From Parcubacteria group bacterium (GTDB lineage Bacteria; Patescibacteriota; Minisyncoccia; Phycocordibacterales; UBA12088): a stretch of 29,252 nt of DNA. The notes beneath the pieces were generated by a model. That model did not search any database. It was given only the letters and a program-made list of their open reading frames with translations, and had not been told where the DNA came from. A program made the translations under genes and the position numbers. Location: NCBI GenBank assembly GCA_021731325.1, contig JAKFXP010000086.1:1-29252 (forward strand), given 5' to 3'. This document shows, one piece after another, positions 1 through 9,792 of the stretch (within the stretch, counting starts at the first letter, position 1; every line of letters begins with the position of its first letter).

Positions 1-1
1 A

Positions 2-1291
2 CCAGAAGTAGTAGATTGTTGGGTTGAATCGGGACTAATGCCTCTTGCCTCACCGCACGTACTTGGTGCGTCACCCACCAAACCAGTGCGGTACCCCGGT
101 GACTTTATTGCCGAGTACATTGCCCAGACGCGTACCTGGTTTTATTACATGCATGCGATGGGAGTGCTCCTGTTTGATGCCCCGAGTTTTAAAAACTGTG
201 TGACGACGGGAACGATCCTTGCGGAAGATGGGAGCAAGATGAGTAAATCTAAGGGTAATTTTACCGACCCGCTCGTCAATCTCGATCGATATGGTGCAGA
301 CGCACTCAGGCTATATATGTTGGGCTCGGTTGTCATGCAGTCGGAAGATATGAGCTTTCGTGATGAGGAGCTCAAAGAGGTGCATAATCGCTTCATCGGC
401 ATCTTGTGGAATACCTATAAGTTTTATGAGATGTACACGGAAAGTGAGAGTAAGCCGCAAACTCCAAGTCCCCTAAGCACCAACATGCTTGATGTGTGGG
501 TACATGCGCGTCTACAGCAAACAATCAGACAGGTAACGGGATATCTAGACGCATATGACACTATTCGTGCCATTCGCACCCTGCGCGAGTTTGTGACCGA
601 TTTTTCAACCTGGTACATTCGTCGTTCTCGCGACCGATTTAAGAGTGAGGATGCGACTGATCGTGCGGCAGCTATCACTACGACGCGTGATACACTCGCC
701 ACACTCGCCACACTACTCGCCCCACTCGCACCGTTTATTGCCGAGCGTATATATCGAGGGATTGGGGGAGTGGAAGAGAGTGTGCATCTTGCTGTGTGGC
801 CCGAGGCAGGCGCTGTTGACGACGAGGTATTGACCCGCATGGAGGCAACTCGCACCCTTGTTTCGGAGGCACTCGAGTTACGTGCTCAGGCAGGTATCAA
901 GATACGACAACCACTTCAGTCACTTACCATCTTGCCCACGAGTGAAGTATTTGAGGAATTAATTATGGATGAGCTCAATGTAAAAGAGATTTTGCGTGGA
1001 GAGACGCTCGTGCTCGATACCGTCCTTACTGATGCATTACAGCAAGAGGGTGATATGCGTGAACTCATTCGCGCAGTACAGGATGCACGTAAAAAAGCCG
1101 GTTTATCACCTCAAGATCGGGTACGTCTGTGCGTAGATGCGGCCGAGGCAGGGGTACGTGTGGTGACTGGTGCGACCCCAGAGCTCGCGCGCGTGGCTGG
1201 GGTAGTCGAGATTACGTACGACACTCTTACCGAGGGTACGGTGGTCACTACCGAGGCGGGTACTATTACCGTACTGCTCGAGATGCAGTAA
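2..1291 (+). CDS. ileS: Isoleucine--tRNA ligase, C-terminal part (runs off the 5' end); IleRS2-like C-terminus
   Basis: Frame is open from base 2 (PEVVDCWVESGLMP, cf. DCWFESGSMP); DFIAEYIAQTRTWFY; class I GSKMSKSKGN motif; DFSTWYIRRSRDRF anticodon domain; C-terminal LDTVLTDALQQEGDMRELIRAVQDARKKAGL. The ATG at 38 is internal. Confidence 0.95.
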   Translation, partial: PEVVDCWVESGLMPLASPHVLGASPTKPVRYPGDFIAEYIAQTRTWFYYMHAMGVLLFDAPSFKNCVTTGTILAEDGSKMSKSKGNFTDPLVNLDRYGADALRLYMLGSVVMQSEDMSFRDEELKEVHNRFIGILWNTYKFYEMYTESESKPQTPSPLSTNMLDVWVHARLQQTIRQVTGYLDAYDTIRAIRTLREFVTDFSTWYIRRSRDRFKSEDATDRAAAITTTRDTLATLATLLAPLAPFIAERIYRGIGGVEESVHLAVWPEAGAVDDEVLTRMEATRTLVSEALELRAQAGIKIRQPLQSLTILPTSEVFEELIMDELNVKEILRGETLVLDTVLTDALQQEGDMRELIRAVQDARKKAGLSPQDRVRLCVDAAEAGVRVVTGATPELARVAGVVEITYDTLTEGTVVTTEAGTITVLLEMQ

Positions 1292-1307
1292 CGGTGGAGG
1301 GAAAGGT

Positions 1308-1889
1308 ATGCATACGCTCCACACCACTCCTGCGTTTATTGTCAGTAGCACTCCACACGGTGAATCAAATCGCGTGTACCGACTACTGACCGAGACACAC
1401 GGTATGCTCTACGCACATGCGCAAAGTGTGCGGGAGCTGCGCAACCGTAATCGGTACGCTCTTTCTACCGGATGTTTTGTGAGTGTGACCCTGGTACGAG
1501 GGCGTGAGATGTGGCGCTTGGCTAGCGCGCGTACGGTGCCAGACATTACCTTGCCACCACGCGCATCCTATCAAAAAATACTCGGACTTATCGGGCAGTT
1601 GACTCCAGTCGAGGATCCATTCGCGCAGTCATTTCAGCTGTTTTTGGCACATATCCGTGCACTTGCAGCGGCCACTCCCGAAGATGCGCACGCCGTGGAG
1701 CTCATTGGGGTAATACGCCTATTGGTTGAACGGGGATATTTTGCCACACCGGGAGACATGGCGTTACGCACTGAGCGCATTTGTGCAGATCATACTGAGT
1801 ATTCCAAAGATCTCTGCCGTGAGGTGTTGGGTGACCGCACGCTTCTCACGGCCTCGGTGAATACTGCACTACGGATGACTCGGACGTAG
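1308..1889 (+). CDS. recO: DNA repair protein RecO
   Basis: N-terminal OB-fold pattern TPAFIVSSTPHGESNRVYRLLTETHGMLYAHAQSVR; GGAGG 7-8 nt upstream of the ATG. Confidence 0.8.
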   Translation: MHTLHTTPAFIVSSTPHGESNRVYRLLTETHGMLYAHAQSVRELRNRNRYALSTGCFVSVTLVRGREMWRLASARTVPDITLPPRASYQKILGLIGQLTPVEDPFAQSFQLFLAHIRALAAATPEDAHAVELIGVIRLLVERGYFATPGDMALRTERICADHTEYSKDLCREVLGDRTLLTASVNTALRMTRT

Positions 1890-1914
1890 TATCCTTGTGA
1901 TATACTCTGGTGGT

Positions 1915-3933
1915 ATGGATGAAGACAGTAGTGTTGATAAGCTACAAAAGCGATTATACCAATTTGGCGCAGCTCCTCAGGAGCGGTCGCGTCGGTCGTT
2001 GCACGAAGATACGACACATGACGTGGCAACCAATTGGGTAACGCAGGAAGATGTGCGTGAACAACATGCGCTTGAACAGGCACAAAGTCCTGTCTTTGGT
2101 GACTATGCGGGGTTTGAAAGTGGTATAAAAAACACCGGCACCACACCGGCACCCACTGCGCCGGCGTTCCTACGTGATGGTCGTGGGAGCAAATCAGTCA
2201 TGGAATCACGACAAAAACAACGCTCAGTGGGTAGTTGGGTACGGGGTATATTTTTGACCTCGTTAGTATTCTTCCTGCTTTCTGCAGGAGTCGCTTGGTA
2301 CTTCTTTTTCTTTGAAAGTAATCAGATATCGTGTGACAATATGGTGATAGATGTGACCGGACCACTCACGATTCCAAGTGGAAAGGAGTTGACCTTGAGT
2401 GTGGGTATGCTGAATAAAAATCCTTCCGCCGTGCAACTTGCCGAACTGGTTGTGAAATATCCTGAAGGAACCCGAAGTCCACAAGACTCAAGTATCAGTC
2501 TTACGACCGCGCGGGAACGAGTGGGAACCATAAATGCCGGCGAGCGGGTGCGTACCAGTGTCGGGGCTCTGTTGTTTGGTAAGGAGCAGACCGAGTATAC
2601 AATCGACCTCACCGTCGAATACCGTATTGACGAATCAAATGCCGTGTTTGAGTGCAAGGCTCCCTACAAGGTCATTATTGCAACGGCACCCGTCTCTCTT
2701 TCAATCACTGGTCTCGAAGAGCTCTCTTCGGGTCAAGAGCTTGAACTTACGGCGACCATGAATTCCAATTCTGATGAGACGGTACATGACCAGCGACTGG
2801 TTGCCGACTACCCTTTTGGTTTTGAGTTTGTGCGGGCTGAACCAGCACCGACTCACGGTACCAATGTGTGGGACATTGGCGATGTGGCGCCGGGGAGTAA
2901 GCGAACGGTCAAGATACAGGGTATCGTACAAGCACCAACCGTAGAGGCACGCACCATAAAGTTTCGCTTGGGTGAAAAAGATAAAGACGAAGCCTCTGAT
3001 ATTACAACGACGATGCAGCTTATTGAGCATGCGTTTGTGATTGCAAAACCATTTCTTGATCTGAGTTTGGTGGTGAACGGTAACGAGAATGCCGAAGTGC
3101 CTGCGGCGATTGGTGATACGGTGCGGGCAGTACTTAAGTGGAAAAACACCCTACCGTATGCACTCTATGATGTTGAAATTGAAGCGCTTCTCAACAGCCC
3201 ACTCATTAACCAAAAAACTATTCGAGAAGGGACGGGATATTTCCGTTCGGTTGACAATACTCTTATATGGACTGGCCAAACAGCACCAAACCTTAAAAAC
3301 ATTGGGCCGAATGCTACAGGCCAACTTGACTTTTCTTTTGCTTCGATACCCCTTACCCAAGACACAAGTGTGCGTGACCCCAATCTTACCATTGCATTTA
3401 CGGTACGTGGTCGACGCCTCTCAGACAACAAAGAAGTCTCTCAAGCGTTGGTGGCGCAGTCCAAGCGAACTATCAAGTTTGATTCGCAGCTCGCCTTTAC
3501 GACAGACGTATTGTATGCAACTGGTCCGTTTACCAACACGGGTATGCATCCTCCTATTCCGGATACCGAGACCACCTATACCGTACACTGGGCACTGGCA
3601 AACAACACCAGTGCAGTGGGAAATGTAAAGGTAACTGCTGAATTACCCATTAATGTTCGCTGGCTCGACACCATGAGTCCCGAGAGCTCGCCCCTGAGTT
3701 ACAATCCGACGACGCATATGGTAACCTGGACTCCTGGAGATGTGTCGGCCGGTACGGGGGGTAATCTACCCACTCGCGAGGTATATTTCCAGGTCGGATT
3801 CATGCCAAACATCTTTGCATCGATTGACAGTGTGACCATTGTCGAAGACCAGGTGCTGACTGGCGTTGACCAGCACACACATTCTGTGTTAGAAATACAC
3901 TCCAAAGTTCCGCGACTGATTGAAGTACAGTAG
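1915..3933 (+). CDS. Single-pass membrane protein with repeated beta-sandwich (DUF11/Ig-like) domains
   Basis: TM segment GIFLTSLVFFLLSAGVAWYFFFF, then repeats such as LPINVRW..VTWTPGDV and YPFGFEF..VWDIGDVAPG. ATG 1915 preferred over GTG 1897 because TATACT (1901-1906) lies 8 nt upstream. Confidence 0.75.
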   Translation: MDEDSSVDKLQKRLYQFGAAPQERSRRSLHEDTTHDVATNWVTQEDVREQHALEQAQSPVFGDYAGFESGIKNTGTTPAPTAPAFLRDGRGSKSVMESRQKQRSVGSWVRGIFLTSLVFFLLSAGVAWYFFFFESNQISCDNMVIDVTGPLTIPSGKELTLSVGMLNKNPSAVQLAELVVKYPEGTRSPQDSSISLTTARERVGTINAGERVRTSVGALLFGKEQTEYTIDLTVEYRIDESNAVFECKAPYKVIIATAPVSLSITGLEELSSGQELELTATMNSNSDETVHDQRLVADYPFGFEFVRAEPAPTHGTNVWDIGDVAPGSKRTVKIQGIVQAPTVEARTIKFRLGEKDKDEASDITTTMQLIEHAFVIAKPFLDLSLVVNGNENAEVPAAIGDTVRAVLKWKNTLPYALYDVEIEALLNSPLINQKTIREGTGYFRSVDNTLIWTGQTAPNLKNIGPNATGQLDFSFASIPLTQDTSVRDPNLTIAFTVRGRRLSDNKEVSQALVAQSKRTIKFDSQLAFTTDVLYATGPFTNTGMHPPIPDTETTYTVHWALANNTSAVGNVKVTAELPINVRWLDTMSPESSPLSYNPTTHMVTWTPGDVSAGTGGNLPTREVYFQVGFMPNIFASIDSVTIVEDQVLTGVDQHTHSVLEIHSKVPRLIEVQ

Positions 3934-3967
3934 AGGTATACCGCGTGACCACCTTTGAGCATTACCT

Positions 3968-5350
3968 ATGAGCGAACCATATACCACCCCCACTCTCGAC
4001 ACGATTGTTGCGCTTGCCAAGCGGCGGGGGTTTGTGTACCCTAGTTCTGAAATATATGGCGGATTTGTAGGGCTCTATGACTTTGGTCCGTATGGTGCTG
4101 AGCTTGCACAGAATATACGGAACGTATGGTGGCGATCGATGGTACAGCTTGAAGATAATATCGTAGGGCTCGATTCCGCCATTTTTACCCATCCAAAGGT
4201 CTGGGTGGCAAGTGGTCACGTGGGGGGGTTCTCAGACCCGCTTGTTGAGTGTCGCGAATGTAACACGCGCTCGCGTGCCGATCACCTTATTGAGGCTGCA
4301 GGCGCCTTTGCAGATGAAAAAATGGGTTTGGATGAGATTAATACCGTATTTGACGAACTTCGAGAAAAGATACCGTGTCCGAACTGCGGGAAGAAAAATT
4401 TTACCCCCGTACGTACGTTCAATCTCTTGGTACAATCGAATCTCGGTAACTTTTCGGAGGATTGGACACAAGACCCAACGTATCTGCGCGGCGAGACCTG
4501 TCAGGGCATATACCTTAATTTCAAAAATGTACTTGACACTACGCGGGTGAAGGTGCCATTTGGTATTGCGCAAGTAGGGAAGGCCTTCCGAAATGAAATT
4601 GCGCCGCGGCAGTACATCTTTCGCAAACGTGAGTTTGAACAAATGGAGATGCAGCTGTTCGTACACCCTACGGATGCAATGACGTTGTATGAGGAGTGGC
4701 GCACCAAGCGTATGCAGTATTACCTTGATCTTGGGTTCCGTCCCGAGAATCTTAATTGGCACGAGCATGAAAATCTAGTTTTTTATGCCAAGGCGGCATG
4801 GGATATCGAATACCGATTTCCGTTTGGATTCAAGGAATTAGAGGGTGTCCATGCGCGCGGTGACTATGACCTTACACAACATCAGAAATATTCAGGGGTT
4901 GATCTCTCGTATTTTGATCAAACCACGGGTGAGCGATACGTACCCCACGTTGTTGAAACGTCAGTTGGGGTCGATCGCACGTTCCTTGCGGTTATGACCG
5001 AGTTTTACCATGAGGATATGCTCGGAGGGGAGAGTCGTATTGTTATGCGTTTTCCGTACAATCTTGCACCTATTAAGGTTGCCGTATTTCCCCTTCTCAA
5101 GAATAAACCCGAGCTCGTCGAAAAAGCCCGTGCAATCTACAATACCCTCAAGCAAACAATACGTTGTGAATTCGACGATAATGGAAACATTGGCAAACGC
5201 TATCGTCGACAAGATGAGATTGGCACTCCGTATTGTGTCACGATTGATTTTGATACCGAAAAAGATGACACTGTTACGGTACGTCATAGAGATACGGGAG
5301 AGCAGAGTAGAGTACCTATACCCGAGCTTCAGCGCGTCCTCTCTTCCTAA
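3968..5350 (+). CDS. glyQS: Glycine--tRNA ligase, homodimeric (alpha2) type
   Basis: LAKRRGFVYPSSEIYGG, YLRGETCQGI, FGIAQVGKAFRNEI, FRKREFEQMEMQ, HVVETSVGVDR, GNIGKRYRRQDEIGTPYCVTID. Confidence 0.97.
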   Translation: MSEPYTTPTLDTIVALAKRRGFVYPSSEIYGGFVGLYDFGPYGAELAQNIRNVWWRSMVQLEDNIVGLDSAIFTHPKVWVASGHVGGFSDPLVECRECNTRSRADHLIEAAGAFADEKMGLDEINTVFDELREKIPCPNCGKKNFTPVRTFNLLVQSNLGNFSEDWTQDPTYLRGETCQGIYLNFKNVLDTTRVKVPFGIAQVGKAFRNEIAPRQYIFRKREFEQMEMQLFVHPTDAMTLYEEWRTKRMQYYLDLGFRPENLNWHEHENLVFYAKAAWDIEYRFPFGFKELEGVHARGDYDLTQHQKYSGVDLSYFDQTTGERYVPHVVETSVGVDRTFLAVMTEFYHEDMLGGESRIVMRFPYNLAPIKVAVFPLLKNKPELVEKARAIYNTLKQTIRCEFDDNGNIGKRYRRQDEIGTPYCVTIDFDTEKDDTVTVRHRDTGEQSRVPIPELQRVLSS

Positions 5351-5411
5351 AGCGGCGGGAGTGTTTTATCCCCATACCCAACCCCACTATCACCCAAACT
5401 AATACTATACT

Positions 5412-5442
5412 ATATACACAGACGTACCTCTGTGTATATTTT
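5412..5442 (+). terminator. Putative intrinsic terminator after glyQS
   Basis: ATATACACAG (5412-5421) / CTGTGTATAT (5430-5439) inverted repeat followed by Ts. Confidence 0.6.
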
Positions 5443-5483
5443 ATTACCAATCCTATTCAGTAGGCGATAACTTTTCATTTTTT

Positions 5484-8400
5484 ATGTACAGATTTAGTCG
5501 CCTCCTCTCCCTCCTGTTCCTCCTCCCCCTCCTCTCGCTCGCCCAAACATCTCCGGAAGACGAGGTGACCATCGAACGTACGGATACCACCACAGAAGCA
5601 CCCCTCGACCAAGGAGTACCCACTACGCCACCGACTGAGGTCGAAGAAACCGAACCAGCATCCTCACTCATGGGAGAGGGTGTAGTAATGCCCCAAGGAG
5701 CCACCGAATGCTTTACCGATAGCCGCTATCGCTTCGGCTCGGTCTCTGCCGATCCCGAAGTAGAGGTGAGCGATGTTATGGCAGGTACTCCCGTATCATT
5801 CATCGTCACGATGGAGAATCAAAACCCATACCCCATCACTGATGCCGCGGTATACGTCAAGATATTTAAGATTCGCACCGACGAAGATGCGCGTCATCAA
5901 AATGGAGATGATCTTGTCGATCAATTCTTTGCCAAAGAAGGTATGGCACTTCGTGAACATGCCACTTCCACCTTTACTTTTGAGTGGAATGCACCGACAC
6001 AACTACCTTCAGGTAACTACCGTCTCGTGACCTACGTCACCACGTCTCATCGGTACAACCTACTCGGTCTCTCATTCACCGATGACATAACGGGTAATCA
6101 GACTGAGTTCACGGTGCACGGTATTGAAGAAGGGGTACAGTGGGACAAAGACACGGTCGAAGTTGACCACACCCTCTACCGCTTTGCCGCTTTCACTCCC
6201 AAACTCTCCGCAACAAGTACTATCCGTGTTGCACCGGAGATCATCAATCCCACCGACACCGCCCAAGCCGTTACCATCACGTGGAAGCTGTACTACTGGG
6301 ATGCACAGCGCCAGGAACACCTCATTGATACCAAAGAGGAGGGAATCATGCTGGAACCCCATCAAACCCTGCGTCCTACCTACGAGGTTACCGACACCGC
6401 ACATCCCGTATACCTGCTGGTGGCAGACCTCCTGTGGCGTGACAGCCATTCGTTGTTGAACATTCGTTTTGTTCGTGATGGTATTGATGCCCCGCGTATC
6501 AACTTTCCCTCAATAGGCACGTACCCACTCGTGAAGGGTACCCCGGTCGAACTCTTCTCCTGTCTCCACAACTCCGGTACGAGTCCAACGGTACCTGGTC
6601 ATACCCTCACCCTCACCCTCAAAGACGACCTCGGTACCGTCCTGCACACCTACAACTACCAAGGAGACATTACCGGTGACATGATGGCGGTTGCAGGCGC
6701 GTACACCCCCGAGACTGACCTCACCTCCTTCTCCCTCACGGCGACACTGTCCAAAGACGGCAACACCATTGACGAAACGACGACCACGTACGACTGCAGC
6801 CAACTCAACGCTCCCTGTCCGGTACGAGAGACCGGAGTACCAACCAATGAGAGAACCACCCTCTTCTCCACACCCCTTGTTACCGGTATTAGTCTTGCAC
6901 TCCTCGTACTCTTCCTCACGATCATTGGTTTGGTGATTGCAAAACGACGCAACACTCCCCAACCTCCCACCTCTACCGGCAGCAAACCAATCATTCCGGG
7001 TGCGCTGGTACTCTTCCTTCTCCTTGGGGGAATGATGGTGATGCCGCGGGGGGTGGAGGCGGAAGGGGCCGTACCGCAGTTTAATAAAAGTTATAACGGA
7101 ACGCTGTATTACCATTGGACGTGGCCGGTAGGTACGATACCCGATGGCGTTAAAGGTATTCCGATACCTTCGCTTCCAAAAATTGCAAAATATTATTTTG
7201 CTGGTGGGCGTACCTATGCCGGTTTCAAGACAAAGAACCCCACCCTTGCCCCCATCTCGACCACCAATTGGGATGAGATTATCAACTTTATTCCCGACAT
7301 CCCAGTAGCGGCCAGAAATACAGAAAAAAAACTTTCATCAATACTGACTACACTCGCAACAGTAGTCGTTAATTACAACAATCACTATAGTGGATATAAT
7401 ACCGCATTGAGTTCACCAAACATGACCGTTAAATATTTTGCAGACGTCAAAACGAGTACTGGTTTGCCCATCCATACCAATGCTACGGTTCCCGTTGGGA
7501 CAGTACTCCACTTCACCCCAAAACCATTTGAGAACATCGATATCTCATGGTTTGGAACGGGGTACTCCTTGGACTCCCCGTATGGACATTGGTCTCCAAA
7601 TTCCGCAGTGAGGAATACTACTGGTTGTGATCCTGACTACTATGTTAATTCGACAGTCATTACTTCTATAGCCAATTTTACTATATCACCCCCCGTCATT
7701 CTACCAACCTACATCCCCCTCGAGGTGACGCGTCCGGTTGTCACGGTGACCCACACGGGGAGTACTGCGGGCTTAGCATGTAATGCCACCAAAACTATCT
7801 GTACCGTGACTTCTCCAGGAAAGGTTACTGCACAGTTTAGCTTCGCACCTACGGTCGGGAGGTTCTACTATGGGTATCTAGATACACGCCCTGGTATGCA
7901 TTTCGGGTGTTTTGCGAATGCTGATGAACTCGTTATCGACAACAGTCCTTTAATCAACTACGCTCTCTCTGTCCCCGCCAAAGCAATCACCTTCACCTTC
8001 ACTGCAGTCGCCAACAACACTCCTCCCACTCCTCCCACCATCACCGAGGTAGGAGGCAACTCACACCTCACGGGTACCGCACAGAACTTCAACTTTGTAG
8101 CCACGGATCCCAACAACGACACCATTCGGTATGGTATCGACTGGAATCGAAATGGTACGGTCGACCAATGGGTACCCGGGGCAGGGTACGTACCTTCAGG
8201 TACGGTGCGGAGTGCACCCCGCACCTTCCCCGCACCCGCAGGAGCAAAGATCTTCCAAGCATTAACTCAAGACAGCAAAGGCGCACTCTCTGCCTGGAGA
8301 TCCTACACCATTACCCTCACAAGTCCTGCCGCAGCAACCGTTTCTCTCACCGCAAACCCAACCACGGTGACGGTAGGGAACACCACCGATCTCACTTGGA

Positions 8401-8648
8401 GCAGTACCAATGCCGTTAACGGCTGTACGGCAACCGGTGCCTGGAGTGGCGCTAAAACACCCGCAGGAGGTACACAAACATCAGGAGCACTCTCTCTCGG
8501 TGCCAAGACCTTCTCACTCACCTGTTACAACTCAACCTGGGCACCGGTGACGGTGAGTAGGGTCGTTACCGTGACTGCAACTCCTCCCCCTCCGCCTCCT
8601 CCGCCACCACCCGTTCCGGTACCGACACCGGGATTGCTACCCCAGTAG
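5484..8648 (+). CDS. Large secreted/membrane-anchored surface protein (1054 aa) with Ig-like domains, an internal TM pair and a poly-Pro tail
   Basis: N-terminal signal peptide (MYRFSRLLSLLFLLPLLSLA); beta-rich domains; hydrophobic segments at aa 465-486 and 503-520; PKD-like YGIDWNRNGTVDQW and Ig-like SLTANPTTVTVGNTTDLTWSSTNA; ends in P9-VPVPTPGLLPQ. Confidence 0.8.
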   Translation: MYRFSRLLSLLFLLPLLSLAQTSPEDEVTIERTDTTTEAPLDQGVPTTPPTEVEETEPASSLMGEGVVMPQGATECFTDSRYRFGSVSADPEVEVSDVMAGTPVSFIVTMENQNPYPITDAAVYVKIFKIRTDEDARHQNGDDLVDQFFAKEGMALREHATSTFTFEWNAPTQLPSGNYRLVTYVTTSHRYNLLGLSFTDDITGNQTEFTVHGIEEGVQWDKDTVEVDHTLYRFAAFTPKLSATSTIRVAPEIINPTDTAQAVTITWKLYYWDAQRQEHLIDTKEEGIMLEPHQTLRPTYEVTDTAHPVYLLVADLLWRDSHSLLNIRFVRDGIDAPRINFPSIGTYPLVKGTPVELFSCLHNSGTSPTVPGHTLTLTLKDDLGTVLHTYNYQGDITGDMMAVAGAYTPETDLTSFSLTATLSKDGNTIDETTTTYDCSQLNAPCPVRETGVPTNERTTLFSTPLVTGISLALLVLFLTIIGLVIAKRRNTPQPPTSTGSKPIIPGALVLFLLLGGMMVMPRGVEAEGAVPQFNKSYNGTLYYHWTWPVGTIPDGVKGIPIPSLPKIAKYYFAGGRTYAGFKTKNPTLAPISTTNWDEIINFIPDIPVAARNTEKKLSSILTTLATVVVNYNNHYSGYNTALSSPNMTVKYFADVKTSTGLPIHTNATVPVGTVLHFTPKPFENIDISWFGTGYSLDSPYGHWSPNSAVRNTTGCDPDYYVNSTVITSIANFTISPPVILPTYIPLEVTRPVVTVTHTGSTAGLACNATKTICTVTSPGKVTAQFSFAPTVGRFYYGYLDTRPGMHFGCFANADELVIDNSPLINYALSVPAKAITFTFTAVANNTPPTPPTITEVGGNSHLTGTAQNFNFVATDPNNDTIRYGIDWNRNGTVDQWVPGAGYVPSGTVRSAPRTFPAPAGAKIFQALTQDSKGALSAWRSYTITLTSPAAATVSLTANPTTVTVGNTTDLTWSSTNAVNGCTATGAWSGAKTPAGGTQTSGALSLGAKTFSLTCYNSTWAPVTVSRVVTVTATPPPPPPPPPPVPVPTPGLLPQ

Positions 8649-8655
8649 GGGGAAG

Positions 8656-8687
8656 ATGAACTCCGCAGTTGACGCTGCGGAGTTCAT
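8656..8687 (+). terminator. 13-bp stem hairpin after the surface-protein gene
   Basis: ATGAACTCCGCAG / CTGCGGAGTTCAT perfect inverted repeat with a 6-nt loop; weak U tail. Confidence 0.55.
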
Positions 8688-8693
8688 GTATAT

Positions 8694-8722
8694 TTGCGAA
8701 AAAAGGATGATGCGGGTACTAT
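8694..8722 (+). promoter_or_regulatory. Sigma70-type promoter, leaderless geometry
   Basis: TTGCGA-N17-TACTAT, then 8 nt to ATG 8731. Confidence 0.55.
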
Positions 8723-8730
8723 AACAAGTG

Positions 8731-9792
8731 ATGCCCTCACGTGCCCCAATCTCCATTACCATCACCCCCGGAACGATATTCGTCAGTATTTTGATGGTAC
8801 TCGCATTTGTTCTGGCCTACGTACTACGTGATCTCTTGTGGGTCGTCTTGACTGCAGTGGTGCTTGCAAGCTCCATTGAGGCGCCTACGGCACGTATGGT
8901 GCGGTGGGGTTTTTCGCGGGTGTTGGCAGTGGTACTTATTTACGTCGTTGCTATCGGCGGGTTGGTGAGCGCATTCTACTTTATCCTCCCTCCGGTTTTG
9001 CACGAAGCCAATAGTGTTGTAAGTTCACTCCCGGCATATCTCGACAGCCTCAATATTACCTCTCCACAAGAATTGTCCGTGACGCCCCAAGCAGGAGCCA
9101 CTCTTGCAGAACAACTTGCTCCACTACAAAGTATTCTCAAAAGCACCTCTTCGGGAGTGTTGGGCGCCGCCTCTGCGTTTTTTGGGGGACTTATGTCATT
9201 TGCACTGATTGTTGTGCTTTCATTTTATCTCGCCGTGCAAGATCAAGGTATTGACGACTTTTTGCGCATCGTAACGCCGGTCAAACATCATGAGTATGCA
9301 CTCAATCTCTGGCGTCGAGCACAGCGTAAGATTGGGCGGTGGTTACAAGGGCAGCTACTCCTCTCGGTGCTTATCGGGGTGTTTATCTACGTTGGGTTGT
9401 TGTTCTTAGAGGTACCTCATCCCGCACTGCTTGCCTTGGTGGCCGGGGTGCTTGAGCTCATTCCCGTATTCGGTTCCATATTGGCAACGGTACCCGCGGT
9501 CGCGGTGTCGTTTGTGGACGGGGGAGCCTCGGCAGCACTCCTCGTGATTGCCTTGTATGCGATTGTAAATCAACTCGAGAGCAATGTTATCTACCCGCTG
9601 GTGGTACAAAAAGTACTCGGGGTATCGCCCTTGGTCGTGATACTAGCGATTATTGCTGGTGCGCAAGTGGGAGGGTTCCTCGGTATTCTTATTGCAGTAC
9701 CGATAGCTGCTGCCGTACAAGAGTATGTTGATGATGTGCAAAAGGACAAACGACGAGCATTACAAGCGGCGCACGATCATGATGAAGAATAA
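8731..9792 (+). CDS. AI-2E family (PerM-like) transporter
   Basis: Multi-TM protein with family patterns VLSFYLAVQD, IGRWLQGQLLLS, LELIPVFGSIL, NQLESNVIYPLV, LGILIAVPIAA. Confidence 0.9.
   Translation: MPSRAPISITITPGTIFVSILMVLAFVLAYVLRDLLWVVLTAVVLASSIEAPTARMVRWGFSRVLAVVLIYVVAIGGLVSAFYFILPPVLHEANSVVSSLPAYLDSLNITSPQELSVTPQAGATLAEQLAPLQSILKSTSSGVLGAASAFFGGLMSFALIVVLSFYLAVQDQGIDDFLRIVTPVKHHEYALNLWRRAQRKIGRWLQGQLLLSVLIGVFIYVGLLFLEVPHPALLALVAGVLELIPVFGSILATVPAVAVSFVDGGASAALLVIALYAIVNQLESNVIYPLVVQKVLGVSPLVVILAIIAGAQVGGFLGILIAVPIAAAVQEYVDDVQKDKRRALQAAHDHDEE

Noticed and set aside
691-730. ACACTCGCC-like short repeats in ileS
   Set aside because: In frame and explained by the helix TLATLATLLAPLA with preferred CTC/GCC codons.
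6000-6016. AACTACCTTCAGGTA resembling the REP palindrome
   Set aside because: Partial match only, inside a CDS, right arm broken; likely chance.
6510-7115. 201-aa minus-strand ORF and other long antisense ORFs
   Set aside because: They overlap well-supported genes and are explained by codon bias on the coding strand.
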